The notes beneath the pieces are model-generated. The model made no database searches, was not told the origin of the DNA, and worked only from the letters and a program-made list of their open reading frames with translations. The position numbers and the translations under genes were made by a program. This document shows, piece after piece, positions 45,302 to 56,057 of a stretch of DNA of 64,000 bases (positions are counted from its first letter, which is position 1; each line of letters begins with the position of its first letter). Source of the DNA: Actinomycetota bacterium (GTDB lineage Bacteria > Actinomycetota > Thermoleophilia > Solirubrobacterales > 70-9); contig JBKPHA010000029.1 in the NCBI GenBank assembly GCA_046729615.1, positions 12,742 to 76,741 on the forward strand, read 5' to 3'.

Positions 45302-46189
45302 GTGGACCGAGCTCGCACCGAGGAGCGCTCCATCGTCCGCACCTGGGCCATGCGCAGCACGATGCACATGCTGGCCGCCGAGGACGCGGGGTGGGTCCTG
45401 CCGCTTTTCGACGCCGGGCTGGTGTCGGACTCCCGGCACCGGCTGCGCCAGCTCGGCCTCGATGCTCCCGCCCAGGAGCGCGCGCTCGAGGCGATCCGCG
45501 CGGCGCTGGAGAGCGACGGCTACCTCGGGCGCAGCGACCTGGTGGAGCGCCTGGGGCGCCTAGGGATCGAGATCGACGCCGCGCGCCGGGTCCACCTGTT
45601 CCGGGTTGCGACCGGCCAGGGCATTGGGATCCTGGGCCCCGACCGGGGCGCGCAGACGCTGCTCGCGCTGCGGCGGGAGTGGCTCGGTGCGTCCCCGACG
45701 CACGATCGCGCCGCCGCAGTGGCCGAGCTGGCGCGACGCTACCTCCGCGCGTTCGGCCCCGCGACCGAGGCTGATTTCGCGGGCTGGTCGGGCCTGCCGC
45801 TTCGCGACGTGCGTAACGGCATCGGCGCGATCGCAAGGGAGCTCGTCGAGGTGAGGATCGGCGACGCTCGTGCCTGGCTGCCGCGCCGCGGCGCGCGGAG
45901 GGCCCCGCGCGGGCTCGTCCGGCTCATCCCGGCGTGGGACAACTACCTGATGGGTCACCGGGACCGCGACTTCATCGCGCGACCTGAGAGGTGGCGTCGG
46001 ATCATGCCCGGCGGGGGGCTCATTCGGGCCACGATCCTGGTCGACGGGGTGGCGGTGGGGACGTGGGGGATGAAGCGGAAGAGAGATTCGATCGAGGTCG
46101 ACCCGAGCCCCTTCGCCGACCTCGACGCCGGCGTTAGAGAGGCAATAAGGGCGGAGGTCCAAGACGTCCGCCGATTCGAGGGCGCCTAG
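45302..46189 (+). CDS. winged-helix DNA-binding protein of the YcaQ/DUF1006 (AlkZ-like) family; homology appears to extend upstream to about 45122
   Basis: RTWAMRSTMHML... is typical of the family. The same frame stays open and family-like (GIQAQD) back to 45122, with no ATG/GTG/TTG in between. Confidence 0.6.
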   Translation: MDRARTEERSIVRTWAMRSTMHMLAAEDAGWVLPLFDAGLVSDSRHRLRQLGLDAPAQERALEAIRAALESDGYLGRSDLVERLGRLGIEIDAARRVHLFRVATGQGIGILGPDRGAQTLLALRREWLGASPTHDRAAAVAELARRYLRAFGPATEADFAGWSGLPLRDVRNGIGAIARELVEVRIGDARAWLPRRGARRAPRGLVRLIPAWDNYLMGHRDRDFIARPERWRRIMPGGGLIRATILVDGVAVGTWGMKRKRDSIEVDPSPFADLDAGVREAIRAEVQDVRRFEGA

Positions 46190-46572
46190 AACGCGTCGCG
46201 AACGTGCTCCCACTCGACCGCCTGCCCGTCGCGCCCGATCCTCACGCCCACGACGTCGAAGCGAATCGCGGAGTGGCGCGGGACAAACCCGTCGTGTTCA
46301 TGCAGCCAACCGATCGCGAGCGACCGGAGCTTGCGCTGCTTTCGCCAACCCACGGCGAGCACGGGTCTTGGCGGGCCGGCGACGGTGCCCGCTCGCAGCC
46401 CCTTGACCTCGACGAACACGAGCTCAGTGCCGTCCATCGCGATGACGTCGATTTCTCCCGGCACCTGGCTCGTGCGCTGGTTGCGGGCGACGATCCGCAT
46501 GCCGGAGCGCTCAAGGCGCGCTGCGGCCATCGTCTCGGCGTGATCCCCGAGGTCCTTGCGGTCGCTGGCCAT
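46186..46572 (-). CDS. yraN: YraN family (UPF0102) endonuclease-like protein
   Basis: GEIDVIAMDGTELVFVEVK motif. Start chosen at ATG 46572. Confidence 0.75.
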   Translation of the reverse strand: MASDRKDLGDHAETMAAARLERSGMRIVARNQRTSQVPGEIDVIAMDGTELVFVEVKGLRAGTVAGPPRPVLAVGWRKQRKLRSLAIGWLHEHDGFVPRHSAIRFDVVGVRIGRDGQAVEWEHVRDAF

Positions 46573-46678
46573 CGCGGGGACCGTAGGGACCGCCGCTGCG
46601 CGTGTGGCGCCCGGATCGTGACGAATTCGGCACAACTAGCGCACCACGTGCGAAATCTTCGGCCGTAGCTTCGCGGCC

Positions 46679-48184
46679 GTGCTCGCGACGGCGCGAACGT
46701 TCAGCTTGCTTGGCATCGAGGTGCGCGAGGTGCACGTCGAGGTCGACGTGTGCAGCTACGGGCTGAAGACGTTCTCGCTGGTCGGGCTGCCCGACACAGC
46801 GGTGCGCGAGTCGCGCGAGCGGGTACGGGCGGCGCTCGAGAACTCGGGCTTCGATTACCCCCAGCACCGCATTACCGCGAACCTCGCGCCCGCGAACCTG
46901 CCCAAGGCCGGGCCCAGCTTCGACCTCGCCATTGCAGCCGCGCTGCTTGCCGCGTCGAAGCAGCTCCGCCCGGAGCAGCTCGCCGGGGTGATGCTCGCCG
47001 GCGAGCTGGCGTTGGACGGGACGATCAGGCCCGTCCCCGGCGCGCTCGCGATGGCCGAGGCGGCTCGAGCGCTCCGCGCCCACGAGATCGCTGTCCCGGC
47101 GGCCAACGGGCCGGAGGCCGCGCTCACACGTGGCCTGCGCGTGGTCCCCCTGGAGCGCCTCGATCAGCTCAAGCGCCTCGGTACGCCCGATGAGCCAGCA
47201 CCGCCCGAGCCGTTCGAGCTCCGCCTGAACGGCTCCGGTCCGGCGGGCCCCGACCTCTCCGACCTGCGCGGCCAGGCGTACCTGCGCGACGCGCTGGAGA
47301 TCGCCGCGGCCGGGGGCCACAGCCTGCTCATCATCGGCCCGCCCGGGGCCGGCAAGTCCCTCGCCGCCAAGCGGCTTCCCTCGATCCTGCCGCCGCTAAC
47401 GCGCCCGGACGCGATGGAGGTTCTGCGGGTGGCGAGCGCATGCGGGCTGCTCAGCCGCGGTCACCTGGCGCTGCGGCGGCCGTTCCGGGCTCCTCACCAC
47501 ACGGTCTCCACGGCCGGGCTCGTCGGCGGCGGCTCTCCGCCGCGACCAGGGGAGGTAACCCTCGCGCACCGGGGCGTGCTGTTCCTGGACGAGCTCGCGG
47601 AGTTTTCCCGGGAGGCGCTCGAGGCGCTTCGCCAGCCGCTCGAGGAGGGTCGCGTGGCGATCACCCGAGCCCGCGGGGCGGTCGAGCTGCCATGCCGGTT
47701 CATGCTCGTCGCCGCGTCCAACCCCTGTCCCTGCGGGCGGGGCGAGGAGTCCGGGGAGTGCGAGTGCCGCCCCGGGTCGGTGCGCCGCTACCGGGCGAAG
47801 CTCAGCGGCGCGCTCGCTGACCGGATCGACATCTCGGTGGCCATCGATCGCCCGAGCGCCGAGGAAATGGGACAGCGGCGCGGCGTCGACTCCGCGGCGA
47901 TCCGGGCACGCGTTATTGCCGCGCGCGAGCGGCAAGAGCGGCGCCTGGGGTCCGGGCGCTGCAACGCCGACATGGCGCCAGCAGAGCTGCGGAGCACGGC
48001 CGAGCTCGCGTCGGAGGCGCGACGCACGCTGGCGCGCGGCCACGCCCAGCTGGGCCTGAGCGGCCGCGGCTATGACCGCGTGCTTCGCGTTTCGCGGACG
48101 ATCGCGGATCTCGCCGGGGCCGACCGCATCGAGGCCGAGCACGTCGCGCGGGCGATCAGCCTGCGGCGCCGGGGCGCCGAGTGA
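46679..48184 (+). CDS. comM: YifB/ComM family Mg-chelatase-like AAA+ ATPase
   Basis: N-terminal Lon-protease-like domain, IGPPGAGKS, GVLFLDELAEF and a zinc-like CPCGRGEESGECEC segment. Confidence 0.85.
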   Translation: MLATARTFSLLGIEVREVHVEVDVCSYGLKTFSLVGLPDTAVRESRERVRAALENSGFDYPQHRITANLAPANLPKAGPSFDLAIAAALLAASKQLRPEQLAGVMLAGELALDGTIRPVPGALAMAEAARALRAHEIAVPAANGPEAALTRGLRVVPLERLDQLKRLGTPDEPAPPEPFELRLNGSGPAGPDLSDLRGQAYLRDALEIAAAGGHSLLIIGPPGAGKSLAAKRLPSILPPLTRPDAMEVLRVASACGLLSRGHLALRRPFRAPHHTVSTAGLVGGGSPPRPGEVTLAHRGVLFLDELAEFSREALEALRQPLEEGRVAITRARGAVELPCRFMLVAASNPCPCGRGEESGECECRPGSVRRYRAKLSGALADRIDISVAIDRPSAEEMGQRRGVDSAAIRARVIAARERQERRLGSGRCNADMAPAELRSTAELASEARRTLARGHAQLGLSGRGYDRVLRVSRTIADLAGADRIEAEHVARAISLRRRGAE

Positions 48185-49064
48185 GCTCGGCGGTCTGGAG
48201 GATCGGCCGCGGCGACTCGGGCTATCCCGCCGGGCTGCTGGACCTGGGCGCCGAGGCACCCAAGGCTCTATTTGGATGCGGCAGCAAGCGGCTGGTGAGC
48301 GAGCTGGATGCGGAGCAGGCGGTCACCATCGTCGGCTCCCGGCATCCGAGCGCCTACGGGCTCGAGGTCGCCGAGGAGCTCGGACATCTGCTGGGGGCGG
48401 CCGGCCTCGTGATCGTGAGCGGCATGGCGATCGGGATCGATGCCGCGGTTCACCGCGGCATGCTCGCCGGCAACGGCGCCACCATCGCCGTGCTGGGCGG
48501 CGGCCCGGATGTCGTCTATCCGCGCAGCGAGCGCCGCCTGTATGGGCGCATCGTGGCGACGGGAGCGGTGATCTCCGAAATGCCGCCGGGCACGTCCCCC
48601 GGGCCGGGTTGTTTCCCCCGGCGGAACCGGATCATGGCCGCGCTGGCGACGATGACGATCGTCGTCGAGGCCGCGCAGCCGTCCGGGTCGCTGATCACCG
48701 CCGAGCGCGCCTACAAGCTCGGCCGGGAGGTCGGCGCCGTGCCGGGACGCGTGACGAGCCGTGTCGCCAAGGGCACCAACGGCCTCATCGCCGACGGGGC
48801 GGCGGTGATCCGAGACGCGCAGGACGTCCTCGACCGCCTCCTCGGCATCGGCGTGACGGCCGCGAGGCGAACGGGCCCGCCGCTCGAGGCCGCGTTGGCC
48901 AACGTCGCGGATGCCGTCGCCGCGGGAGCCGCCACCCCCGACGCGGTCGCGGTCGCGGCGACAATCTCGGCGCCGGAAGCCGCCGTTGCCCTGGCCCGCC
49001 TGGAGCTTCTGGGGTACGTCCGCGCCGACGGCACCGGCCGCTACGCGCGGACTACGCTGGAGCG

Positions 49065-49068
<4 letters not shown>
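48181..49068 (+). CDS. dprA: DNA-processing protein DprA
   Basis: [27 protein letters not shown] and [11 protein letters not shown] motifs. Confidence 0.85.
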
Positions 49069-49861
<793 letters not shown>

Positions 49862-49865
<4 letters not shown>

Positions 49866-50104
49866 AGCTGGTGCGGATGAAGCCGGGGCACGGAGACGTG
49901 TTGCTCGCCGAGGGTGATCCGGCGGTCTCCGAGGACGAGGAGAGGCTGGTCGCCGAGTTTCGCCGCCAGCTCGAGCTCGGGATGTCGGCTGCGGTGCCGA
50001 CCTCCGATGGACCCAGGCGCGAGGCCACGATGGTCCGCGACTTCGCGGAGGTCCCGCGTGACGCGGAGCGCGTCGTGTTCTTCCCGCCGGCCGCAGGCGG
50101 TTGA
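49862..50104 (+). CDS. small MoaD/ThiS-like (beta-grasp, C-terminal Gly-Gly) protein
   Basis: 80 aa ending ...[14 protein letters not shown]. This resembles the MoaD C-terminus (..GDEVAFFPPVTGG). ATGA overlap with thiD. Confidence 0.45.
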
Positions 50105-50658
50105 GCCTCCTCATCGCGACGTCGGTCATCGTGCTGGCGGTCCTTGCGATCGTCGCCTTTGGCCCGTCGGTCGCCAAGCGCGTACGCCGGATGATCCCCC
50201 GCCGCGAGACGCGTGAGCGCATCCCGCCGTATGACCCGGGCCGCGAGCGCCGGGCCGAGGCGCGCGCCCGGCGGCTGATGCGCTCGGTGGTGTCGGCGGA
50301 GGAGTACGCGATGTATACCGAGCTGGGCTTCATGGCGGTCGACGGCGCCGAGGGCGAAGGCGGCTACGGCTACCTGCTCTACCCGCACCGCCCGATCGTC
50401 GCGTTCGATCTCCGCACCGGCAAGCTCCTGAACGAGTACTGCGTCGGATTTCCCGATCGATCCGAGCCGATGCAGCAGCGGCTGCCGGGCGCCGACGACG
50501 TGCTCGCGAAGTGGATGTCGCTGCGCGCTGGCGAGCGCGAGTTGATCTCGGTCGCGAACATGCACGTTCCGGGCCGCCAACTCGACCCGGGCCAGGTGGC
50601 GCGGGATCTGATCCGGCTGCGGGAGTGGCGGGCCCGACGGGTCCGGACGGCCGCGTGA
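50101..50658 (+). CDS. hypothetical protein with N-terminal TM helix
   Basis: 185 aa. [18 protein letters not shown] helix, then a soluble domain with no motif I recognise. TTGA overlap upstream and GTGA overlap with ilvD downstream. Confidence 0.45.
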   Translation: MSLLIATSVIVLAVLAIVAFGPSVAKRVRRMIPRRETRERIPPYDPGRERRAEARARRLMRSVVSAEEYAMYTELGFMAVDGAEGEGGYGYLLYPHRPIVAFDLRTGKLLNEYCVGFPDRSEPMQQRLPGADDVLAKWMSLRAGERELISVANMHVPGRQLDPGQVARDLIRLREWRARRVRTAA

Positions 50659-52328
50659 GCGAGCTCCCCCGACCGCGCTCCGCCGCGGTCTTCGACGGCC
50701 CGGATCGAGCCGCAGCCCGCGCCTACATGAAGGGCATCGGCTTCGACGACGAGGCGCTCCGGCGCCCCACGGTCGGGATCGCCAACACCTGGATCGAGGC
50801 GATGCCGTGCAACTTCCACCTCCGCGATCTGGCGGAGTCGGTGAAGGAGGGCGTGCGGGAGGCTGGGGGGACGCCCATGGAGTTCAACTCGATCGCGATC
50901 TCGGACGGGATCACGATGGGCACCGAGGGCATGAAGACCTCGCTGATCAGCCGCGAGGTGATCGCCGACTCGATCGAGCTGACCGTGCGCGGCTATCAGT
51001 TCGACGCCGTCGTCGCGCTGTCGGGCTGCGACAAGACGATCCCGGGCGCGGTGATGGCGCTCGCCCGGCTGGACGTGCCCGCTGTGATGCTCTACGGCGG
51101 CTCGATCGCACCGGGCCGCTGGCGGGGCGAGGACGTGACAATTCAGGACGTCTTCGAGGCGATCGGCGCGCACGCTGCCGGGGACATGTCCGACGAGGAG
51201 CTTCACGAGCTCGAGGCCTGCGCGAGCCCGGGCGCCGGCGCCTGCGGCGGCCAGTTCACCGCCAACACAATGGCCTGCGCATTCGAGGTCATGGGGATCT
51301 CGCCGATGGGCTCCGCGATGGTGCCGGCGATGAACGGGGAAAAGGCGGACGTTGCGCGCGAGGCGGGGCGGCTCGCCGTCCAGGCTCTGATCGACGACGT
51401 CCGGACGAGCGCGGTGATCACCAGGGAGTCAATCGAGAACGCGATCGCCTGCGTTTGCGCATCCGGGGGATCGACCAACGGCGTCCTGCACCTGCTGGCG
51501 GTCGCCCACGAGGCGGGGATCGAGATGGGCATCGACGACTTCGAGCACATCTCGCGGCGCACGCCGCTGCTCGCCGATCTGAAGCCCGGCGGCCGGTTCG
51601 TGGCGACGGATCTCTACAAGGCCGGAGGAGTGGGCGTGATCGCCAAGCGGCTCGCCGAGGTGGGGGTTCTCCATCCCGATGCGGTAACGGTGACCGGGCG
51701 GACCATCGGCGCCGAGACGGAGGACGCCGAGGAGACGTGCGGTCAGGTCGTGGTGCGGCCCGCCGACGATCCCATCAAGCCCGAGGGCGGGTTCGCGATC
51801 CTGCGTGGCAACCTCGCCCCCGACGGCTGTGTCGTCAAGCTGGCGGGCACCGAGCGCCTCCGCCAGGAGGGGCCGGCGCGCGTGTTCGAGTCCGAGGAAG
51901 AGGCGTTCGATGCGGTCTCGCGGCAGAGGATCAAGCCCGGCGACGTGATCGTGATCCGCAACGAGGGACCGGCCGGCGGACCGGGGATGCGCGAGATGCT
52001 CCACGTCACCGCCGCGCTCGTGGGCGAGGGCCTGGGCTCCGACGTGGCGCTCTTGACCGACGGGCGCTTCTCCGGTGCCACCCACGGCCTCATGGCGGGA
52101 CACGTCGCGCCGGAGGCGGTCCGGGCCGGGCCGATCGCCGCCGTGAGCGAGGGCGACCGGATCATCTTCGACGTCGAGGCGCGCCGGCTGGACGTGGACC
52201 TGACCGATGAGGAGATCGCGCGCCGGGCGGCCGCTTATGAGCCGCCCGAGCCCCGTTACAGAAGCGGCGTGATGGCCAGGTACGCCCGCAGCGTCTCCTC
52301 GGCGGCCGAGGGCGCGGTCACGCTGTGA
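50655..52328 (+). CDS. ilvD: dihydroxy-acid dehydratase
   Basis: [29 protein letters not shown] and [11 protein letters not shown] motifs. Start chosen at GTG 50655. Confidence 0.95.
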   Translation: MSELPRPRSAAVFDGPDRAAARAYMKGIGFDDEALRRPTVGIANTWIEAMPCNFHLRDLAESVKEGVREAGGTPMEFNSIAISDGITMGTEGMKTSLISREVIADSIELTVRGYQFDAVVALSGCDKTIPGAVMALARLDVPAVMLYGGSIAPGRWRGEDVTIQDVFEAIGAHAAGDMSDEELHELEACASPGAGACGGQFTANTMACAFEVMGISPMGSAMVPAMNGEKADVAREAGRLAVQALIDDVRTSAVITRESIENAIACVCASGGSTNGVLHLLAVAHEAGIEMGIDDFEHISRRTPLLADLKPGGRFVATDLYKAGGVGVIAKRLAEVGVLHPDAVTVTGRTIGAETEDAEETCGQVVVRPADDPIKPEGGFAILRGNLAPDGCVVKLAGTERLRQEGPARVFESEEEAFDAVSRQRIKPGDVIVIRNEGPAGGPGMREMLHVTAALVGEGLGSDVALLTDGRFSGATHGLMAGHVAPEAVRAGPIAAVSEGDRIIFDVEARRLDVDLTDEEIARRAAAYEPPEPRYRSGVMARYARSVSSAAEGAVTL

Positions 52329-52329
52329 C

Positions 52330-52821
52330 GTGACCGAGCGCCCGCTCCTCTACCTCGATCAGAACTATCTGAGCGGGATCGTCAAGCGAAAGCCCGGCTT
52401 TCGAGAGCTCGAGCCGGTGCTTCGCGACGCGATCAGTCGCGGCGCAGTGGCGGTACCCGAGTCCAGCGCGCACCGCAGCGAATCGGCCGCCCGCCCGGAC
52501 CTCCCGCTACTCGAGGCGTTGCGGGAGCTCTCTGGCGGTCTGCGCCTTCCCGGCGAGCCGGGGGCCAGGGAGCGCAACGTCGAGCGCCGCCTCGCCAGGT
52601 TCGCACGCGAGCACTTCCCGGAGCGCCAGCAGCGCGCCAGCGACGCCATCGATCTGCACGCGCTCGCCATCGCTCTGCCGCGGTGCCGCTTCATCACCTG
52701 CGACGCGTTCATGGCCGACGTCATCCGCCGCTCCGCCCTGAATCGGAGGTTCGGATGCGAGCTTTACAGCGGGCGCCGCAAGGACGTCGCCGGGCTGCGC
52801 CGCCGCCTGGAGACTCTCTAG
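52330..52821 (+). CDS. hypothetical protein
   Basis: 163-aa ORF starting 1 nt after the ilvD stop. Codon style is coding-like. No motif I can name (LYLDQNYLSGI ... RFITCDAFMADV). Confidence 0.45.
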   Translation: MTERPLLYLDQNYLSGIVKRKPGFRELEPVLRDAISRGAVAVPESSAHRSESAARPDLPLLEALRELSGGLRLPGEPGARERNVERRLARFAREHFPERQQRASDAIDLHALAIALPRCRFITCDAFMADVIRRSALNRRFGCELYSGRRKDVAGLRRRLETL

Positions 52822-52827
52822 CTCGCG

Positions 52828-53292
52828 CTAGGCGGGCTGCCTCACCTCGACCCCGTACTTCGCGCCGATCGCCGCGAGCGACTCGACGTCCGGCGGTGAC
52901 TCCGGCGCCGGTGGGACCTCGCGCCGCTCGGCCGGCTCACCTGCCTCAGCGAAGAACCCATCGACACCGCCCGGCGTGTAGATGACGAGCACCCGGATCT
53001 GAGTGGCCGGCTCGAAGTTCTCCCACATCCCCGCCGGGACGTAGAAGAACGACCCCGGGCCGCCCTCCACCACGTCGTCGCCGATGTGGTATCGGACGGT
53101 TCCCTCGAGGACGTAGACCGCCTCTCCGCCGTCGTGGGTGTGCGGCGGCGGCCCCATGCCCTCCGGGATCGTCATCTCCATCACCGTGACCTGGCCGTCG
53201 GTCTCACCTCCCGCGGCCTTCACCTCGTAGAGGCCACCGAGCATCCAAAGCGCCGTGCCCTCGCCGGGCTGGCGCACAACGGTCTCCGCCAT
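52828..53292 (-). CDS. cupin domain protein
   Basis: PPHTHDGGEAVYVLEGTVRYHIGDDVVEGGPGSFFYVPAGMWENF (cupin motifs 1 and 2). Confidence 0.7.
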   Translation of the reverse strand: MAETVVRQPGEGTALWMLGGLYEVKAAGGETDGQVTVMEMTIPEGMGPPPHTHDGGEAVYVLEGTVRYHIGDDVVEGGPGSFFYVPAGMWENFEPATQIRVLVIYTPGGVDGFFAEAGEPAERREVPPAPESPPDVESLAAIGAKYGVEVRQPA

Positions 53293-53365
53293 CTCTCACT
53301 CCTTCCGCCGCCTGTTGGGACTACGTGAACCTATCCCGCCCCGCCAGGCGGAGCAAGTGGTCCGG

Positions 53366-54355
53366 CTACTCGGCTAGGAACGTCTCGAGAACCCGGTTGA
53401 AGCGGACCGGCCGCTCCGCCATGGGCACGTGCCCCGTCTTGTCGAAGATCACCGTGCGCGACTTGCGCAGGCGCTTGCCGTAGCCGATCGCATCGTGCGG
53501 CGGAACGACGTGGTCGTTGCGGCCCCAGACGATGAGGGTCGGCACCTCGACGTCCTCGAGGCGGTCGAGGATGTCGTAGCCGACGAGACCCGTGACGGCC
53601 GGAAGCACGCCCGGCTTGCCGGTCGCGTGGTGGAAGAACTCCCACAGCAACTCCGGTCGCAGACGCTCGGGCGCGTAGAAGAGTCCGCCGAAGATGCGCC
53701 GGACCCGCGGACGCCGGATGGCGTTCTCCGCGAGCTTGAGCGTGAGCGGCGCCGCCGCGATGCCCATCCGCGCGGCGACCTCGGCCGGCTGGCGCCGCAT
53801 CCGGGCGTGGGAGATTCCCGCCGCGGAGGCCAGCACGAGCTTCTCGAACCGCGTCGGATTCTCGGTGGCGGCCTCGGCGGCGATGAAGCCACCCATCGAG
53901 TTGCCGACGATGGTGCACGTGTGGATTCCGAGCGCATCACAGAGCTCGTGCACGAAGCGCCCGTAGGCCTCAACCGAGAGCTCCCAATCGGGCATCGGGC
54001 TGTCGCCGAAGCCCGGAAGGTCCATCGCCACGACGCGGTGCGCGCGGGCGAAGCAGGGGATGTTCTCGAGCCAGTTCTGCCATGCGCCGGATAGCCCGTG
54101 GACGAGGAGGAGCGCCTTGCCGCCGCCGTTGCCCATCTGGACGCAGTTGACGTCCCGGGCGCCGCCGACGTCGATCCTGTGCAGGTACTGGCGCCAGTCG
54201 ATGCGAAGCCACTCGGGGTCGGGGTCGCCGTAGGGGTCCGGGCCCTCGGCGGGGGTCGCGTCCGGCAGCTCGTCGAGCGGGGAGGCGAACGGGAAGAACT
54301 CGTCGAGGAGTTGGGCGATGAGGCTTGTTCGCTCCTCGGCTGGCTCGATAGACAT
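53366..54355 (-). CDS. alpha/beta hydrolase
   Basis: LLLVHGLSGAW, GNSMGG nucleophile elbow and a GHVPMAERP C-terminal His motif. Start at ATG 54355; the upstream part of ORF 53366..55177 is a shadow frame. Confidence 0.8.
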   Translation of the reverse strand: MSIEPAEERTSLIAQLLDEFFPFASPLDELPDATPAEGPDPYGDPDPEWLRIDWRQYLHRIDVGGARDVNCVQMGNGGGKALLLVHGLSGAWQNWLENIPCFARAHRVVAMDLPGFGDSPMPDWELSVEAYGRFVHELCDALGIHTCTIVGNSMGGFIAAEAATENPTRFEKLVLASAAGISHARMRRQPAEVAARMGIAAAPLTLKLAENAIRRPRVRRIFGGLFYAPERLRPELLWEFFHHATGKPGVLPAVTGLVGYDILDRLEDVEVPTLIVWGRNDHVVPPHDAIGYGKRLRKSRTVIFDKTGHVPMAERPVRFNRVLETFLAE

Positions 54356-55068
54356 CACGCGTACCCCATCCGCTCGAGCACCGGGATCTCGTGTATCTGC
54401 GGGGGCTGGAGGTGGTCCCAGAGGATGCCCGGTGGGCGGTCGTGAACGCGCTCGACGTCGATCGCCGCGCGCGGGGTGACGATCAGGTCGATCGGGAGGT
54501 CGTGGTCGGTCATCATCAAGTGCTCGCGCAGGATCTGGATCGGGTGGACCGTCGTGGCGACGCAGGTGTGCTCGTCGATCTTCGACTCCTCGATCAGCAG
54601 GCCGTACTCGAGGTCCGAGAAGCCGCCGCCCTTGCCGATCCTCGCGCCGCTCAGATTGACCGCGACCGAGCCGCAGAGGACGAAGTCGATCTCGGGGATC
54701 TCCTCCAAAGCGACCACCCGCCCGTGCCGCAGGGCGCCCTTGATCGTCGCCGCCTCGCGTACCTGGGCCTTGCTCAGGCGCTTGGCATCGAGCAGGCGGA
54801 AGGGATGGTTGTCGCGAAGCCGCGGCACCGCCATCACGAGCTTCTTGCCCTGCTCGATAGCGAGCCGCCGCGCGTGCGTCTGGGGGGAGTCCGGATTGGC
54901 CTTCACGACCTGGGCGCGCCTCCAGAGGCGGTGCTGGGCGAGTTTCTCGGCCGCCAGCTTTGCGCCGGCGAAGTTCGGGATCCGTCCCTCGGCGCCGGGG
55001 AACCTGGAGACCCCCTCCCGTTCCATCGCCCGCCACACGGCGCGCCGCACCTGATCCTTGGAGCGCAT
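54355..55068 (-). CDS. 5-formyltetrahydrofolate cyclo-ligase family protein
   Basis: GARIGKGGGFSDLEY motif and family-like length. Its TGA shares one base with the downstream ATG. Confidence 0.6.
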   Translation of the reverse strand: MRSKDQVRRAVWRAMEREGVSRFPGAEGRIPNFAGAKLAAEKLAQHRLWRRAQVVKANPDSPQTHARRLAIEQGKKLVMAVPRLRDNHPFRLLDAKRLSKAQVREAATIKGALRHGRVVALEEIPEIDFVLCGSVAVNLSGARIGKGGGFSDLEYGLLIEESKIDEHTCVATTVHPIQILREHLMMTDHDLPIDLIVTPRAAIDVERVHDRPPGILWDHLQPPQIHEIPVLERMGYA

Positions 55069-55127
55069 ACGGGGGAAACATATTCGCCACGGAAAGGCCG
55101 CCGCCGGACTGCCACAATGCCACGCCC

Positions 55128-56057
55128 ATGGCCGATGAGCAGCGAACATCGCTCGCCGGTCCGGTCGTTCCGGCCACGGAGGCCGGCGAGGCTGGAGCCC
55201 GGGATCAGCTCCCCGCGCACCGCCCCGCGGAGGTCATGCGCGAGCTCCTGCCGGCGATCGAGCCCGAGCGGCGCCTCAACGATTGGGGGCGATCAGAGCG
55301 GGTCGAGGGCTTCATGGACCGCACACTCGTCGAGTTTTTCTACCGCTACTGGTTCCGGGTAGAGGTCGAGGGGATCGAGAACGTGCCCGCGGAGGATGGC
55401 GCCCTCATCGTCTCCAACCATGCGGGCGCTCTGCCCCCGGACGCGGCGATGATCGTCAAGGCGATTCGCGAGGAGCATCCGAACCCGCGGCCCCTCTACA
55501 TCACCGTCGAGCACTTCTTCAAGGGGTATCCCGGGTTCTCGATGCTGATCCCGAAGGTCGGCTGCGTCGCCGCGCATCCGGCGAACGTCCACCGCCTGCT
55601 CTACGACGAGCGCCAGCTCGTCCTGGTCTTCCCCGAGGGGCGCAAGGGGACCGAGAAGCTCTACCGCGAGCGCTACCGCCTGCGGCGCTTCGGCCGCGGC
55701 GGGTTCGTCGAGGCGGCGATGCGGGCGGAGGCGCAGCTCGTGCCCACGTGCGTCATCGGGGCCGAGGAGTCCGCGCCGATCTTCGCGCACGTGGACATCA
55801 TGCGAAAGCTCACCGGGCTCCTCTACTTTCCGATCACGCCAACCTTCCCGTGGGTCGGTCCGCTTGGGATGTTGGGTTACCTGCCGGCGAAGTTCAGGAT
55901 CCGGTTCCTGGAGCCGATCGACACGGTCGAGCTGGGCGGGGCTGAGGCCGCCGAGGACAAGGCGCTCGTCCAGACTCTCGCCCAGGAGATCAGGGCGCAG
56001 ATCCAGGAGAACCTGCACGAGATGCTGGCGAAGAGGAAGTCCATGTGGCTGGGCTGA
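55128..56057 (+). CDS. lysophospholipid / 1-acyl-glycerol-3-phosphate acyltransferase family protein
   Basis: SNHAGALPPD (HxxxxD box) and VFPEGRKG motifs. Confidence 0.75.
   Translation: MADEQRTSLAGPVVPATEAGEAGARDQLPAHRPAEVMRELLPAIEPERRLNDWGRSERVEGFMDRTLVEFFYRYWFRVEVEGIENVPAEDGALIVSNHAGALPPDAAMIVKAIREEHPNPRPLYITVEHFFKGYPGFSMLIPKVGCVAAHPANVHRLLYDERQLVLVFPEGRKGTEKLYRERYRLRRFGRGGFVEAAMRAEAQLVPTCVIGAEESAPIFAHVDIMRKLTGLLYFPITPTFPWVGPLGMLGYLPAKFRIRFLEPIDTVELGGAEAAEDKALVQTLAQEIRAQIQENLHEMLAKRKSMWLG

Noticed and set aside
53366-55177. 603-aa ORF on the minus strand.
   Set aside because: Only the C-terminal 329 aa (from ATG 54355) look like a real alpha/beta hydrolase. The N-terminal part is a shadow frame over the 5-formyl-THF cyclo-ligase-family gene (54355-55068), which reads convincingly in its own frame.
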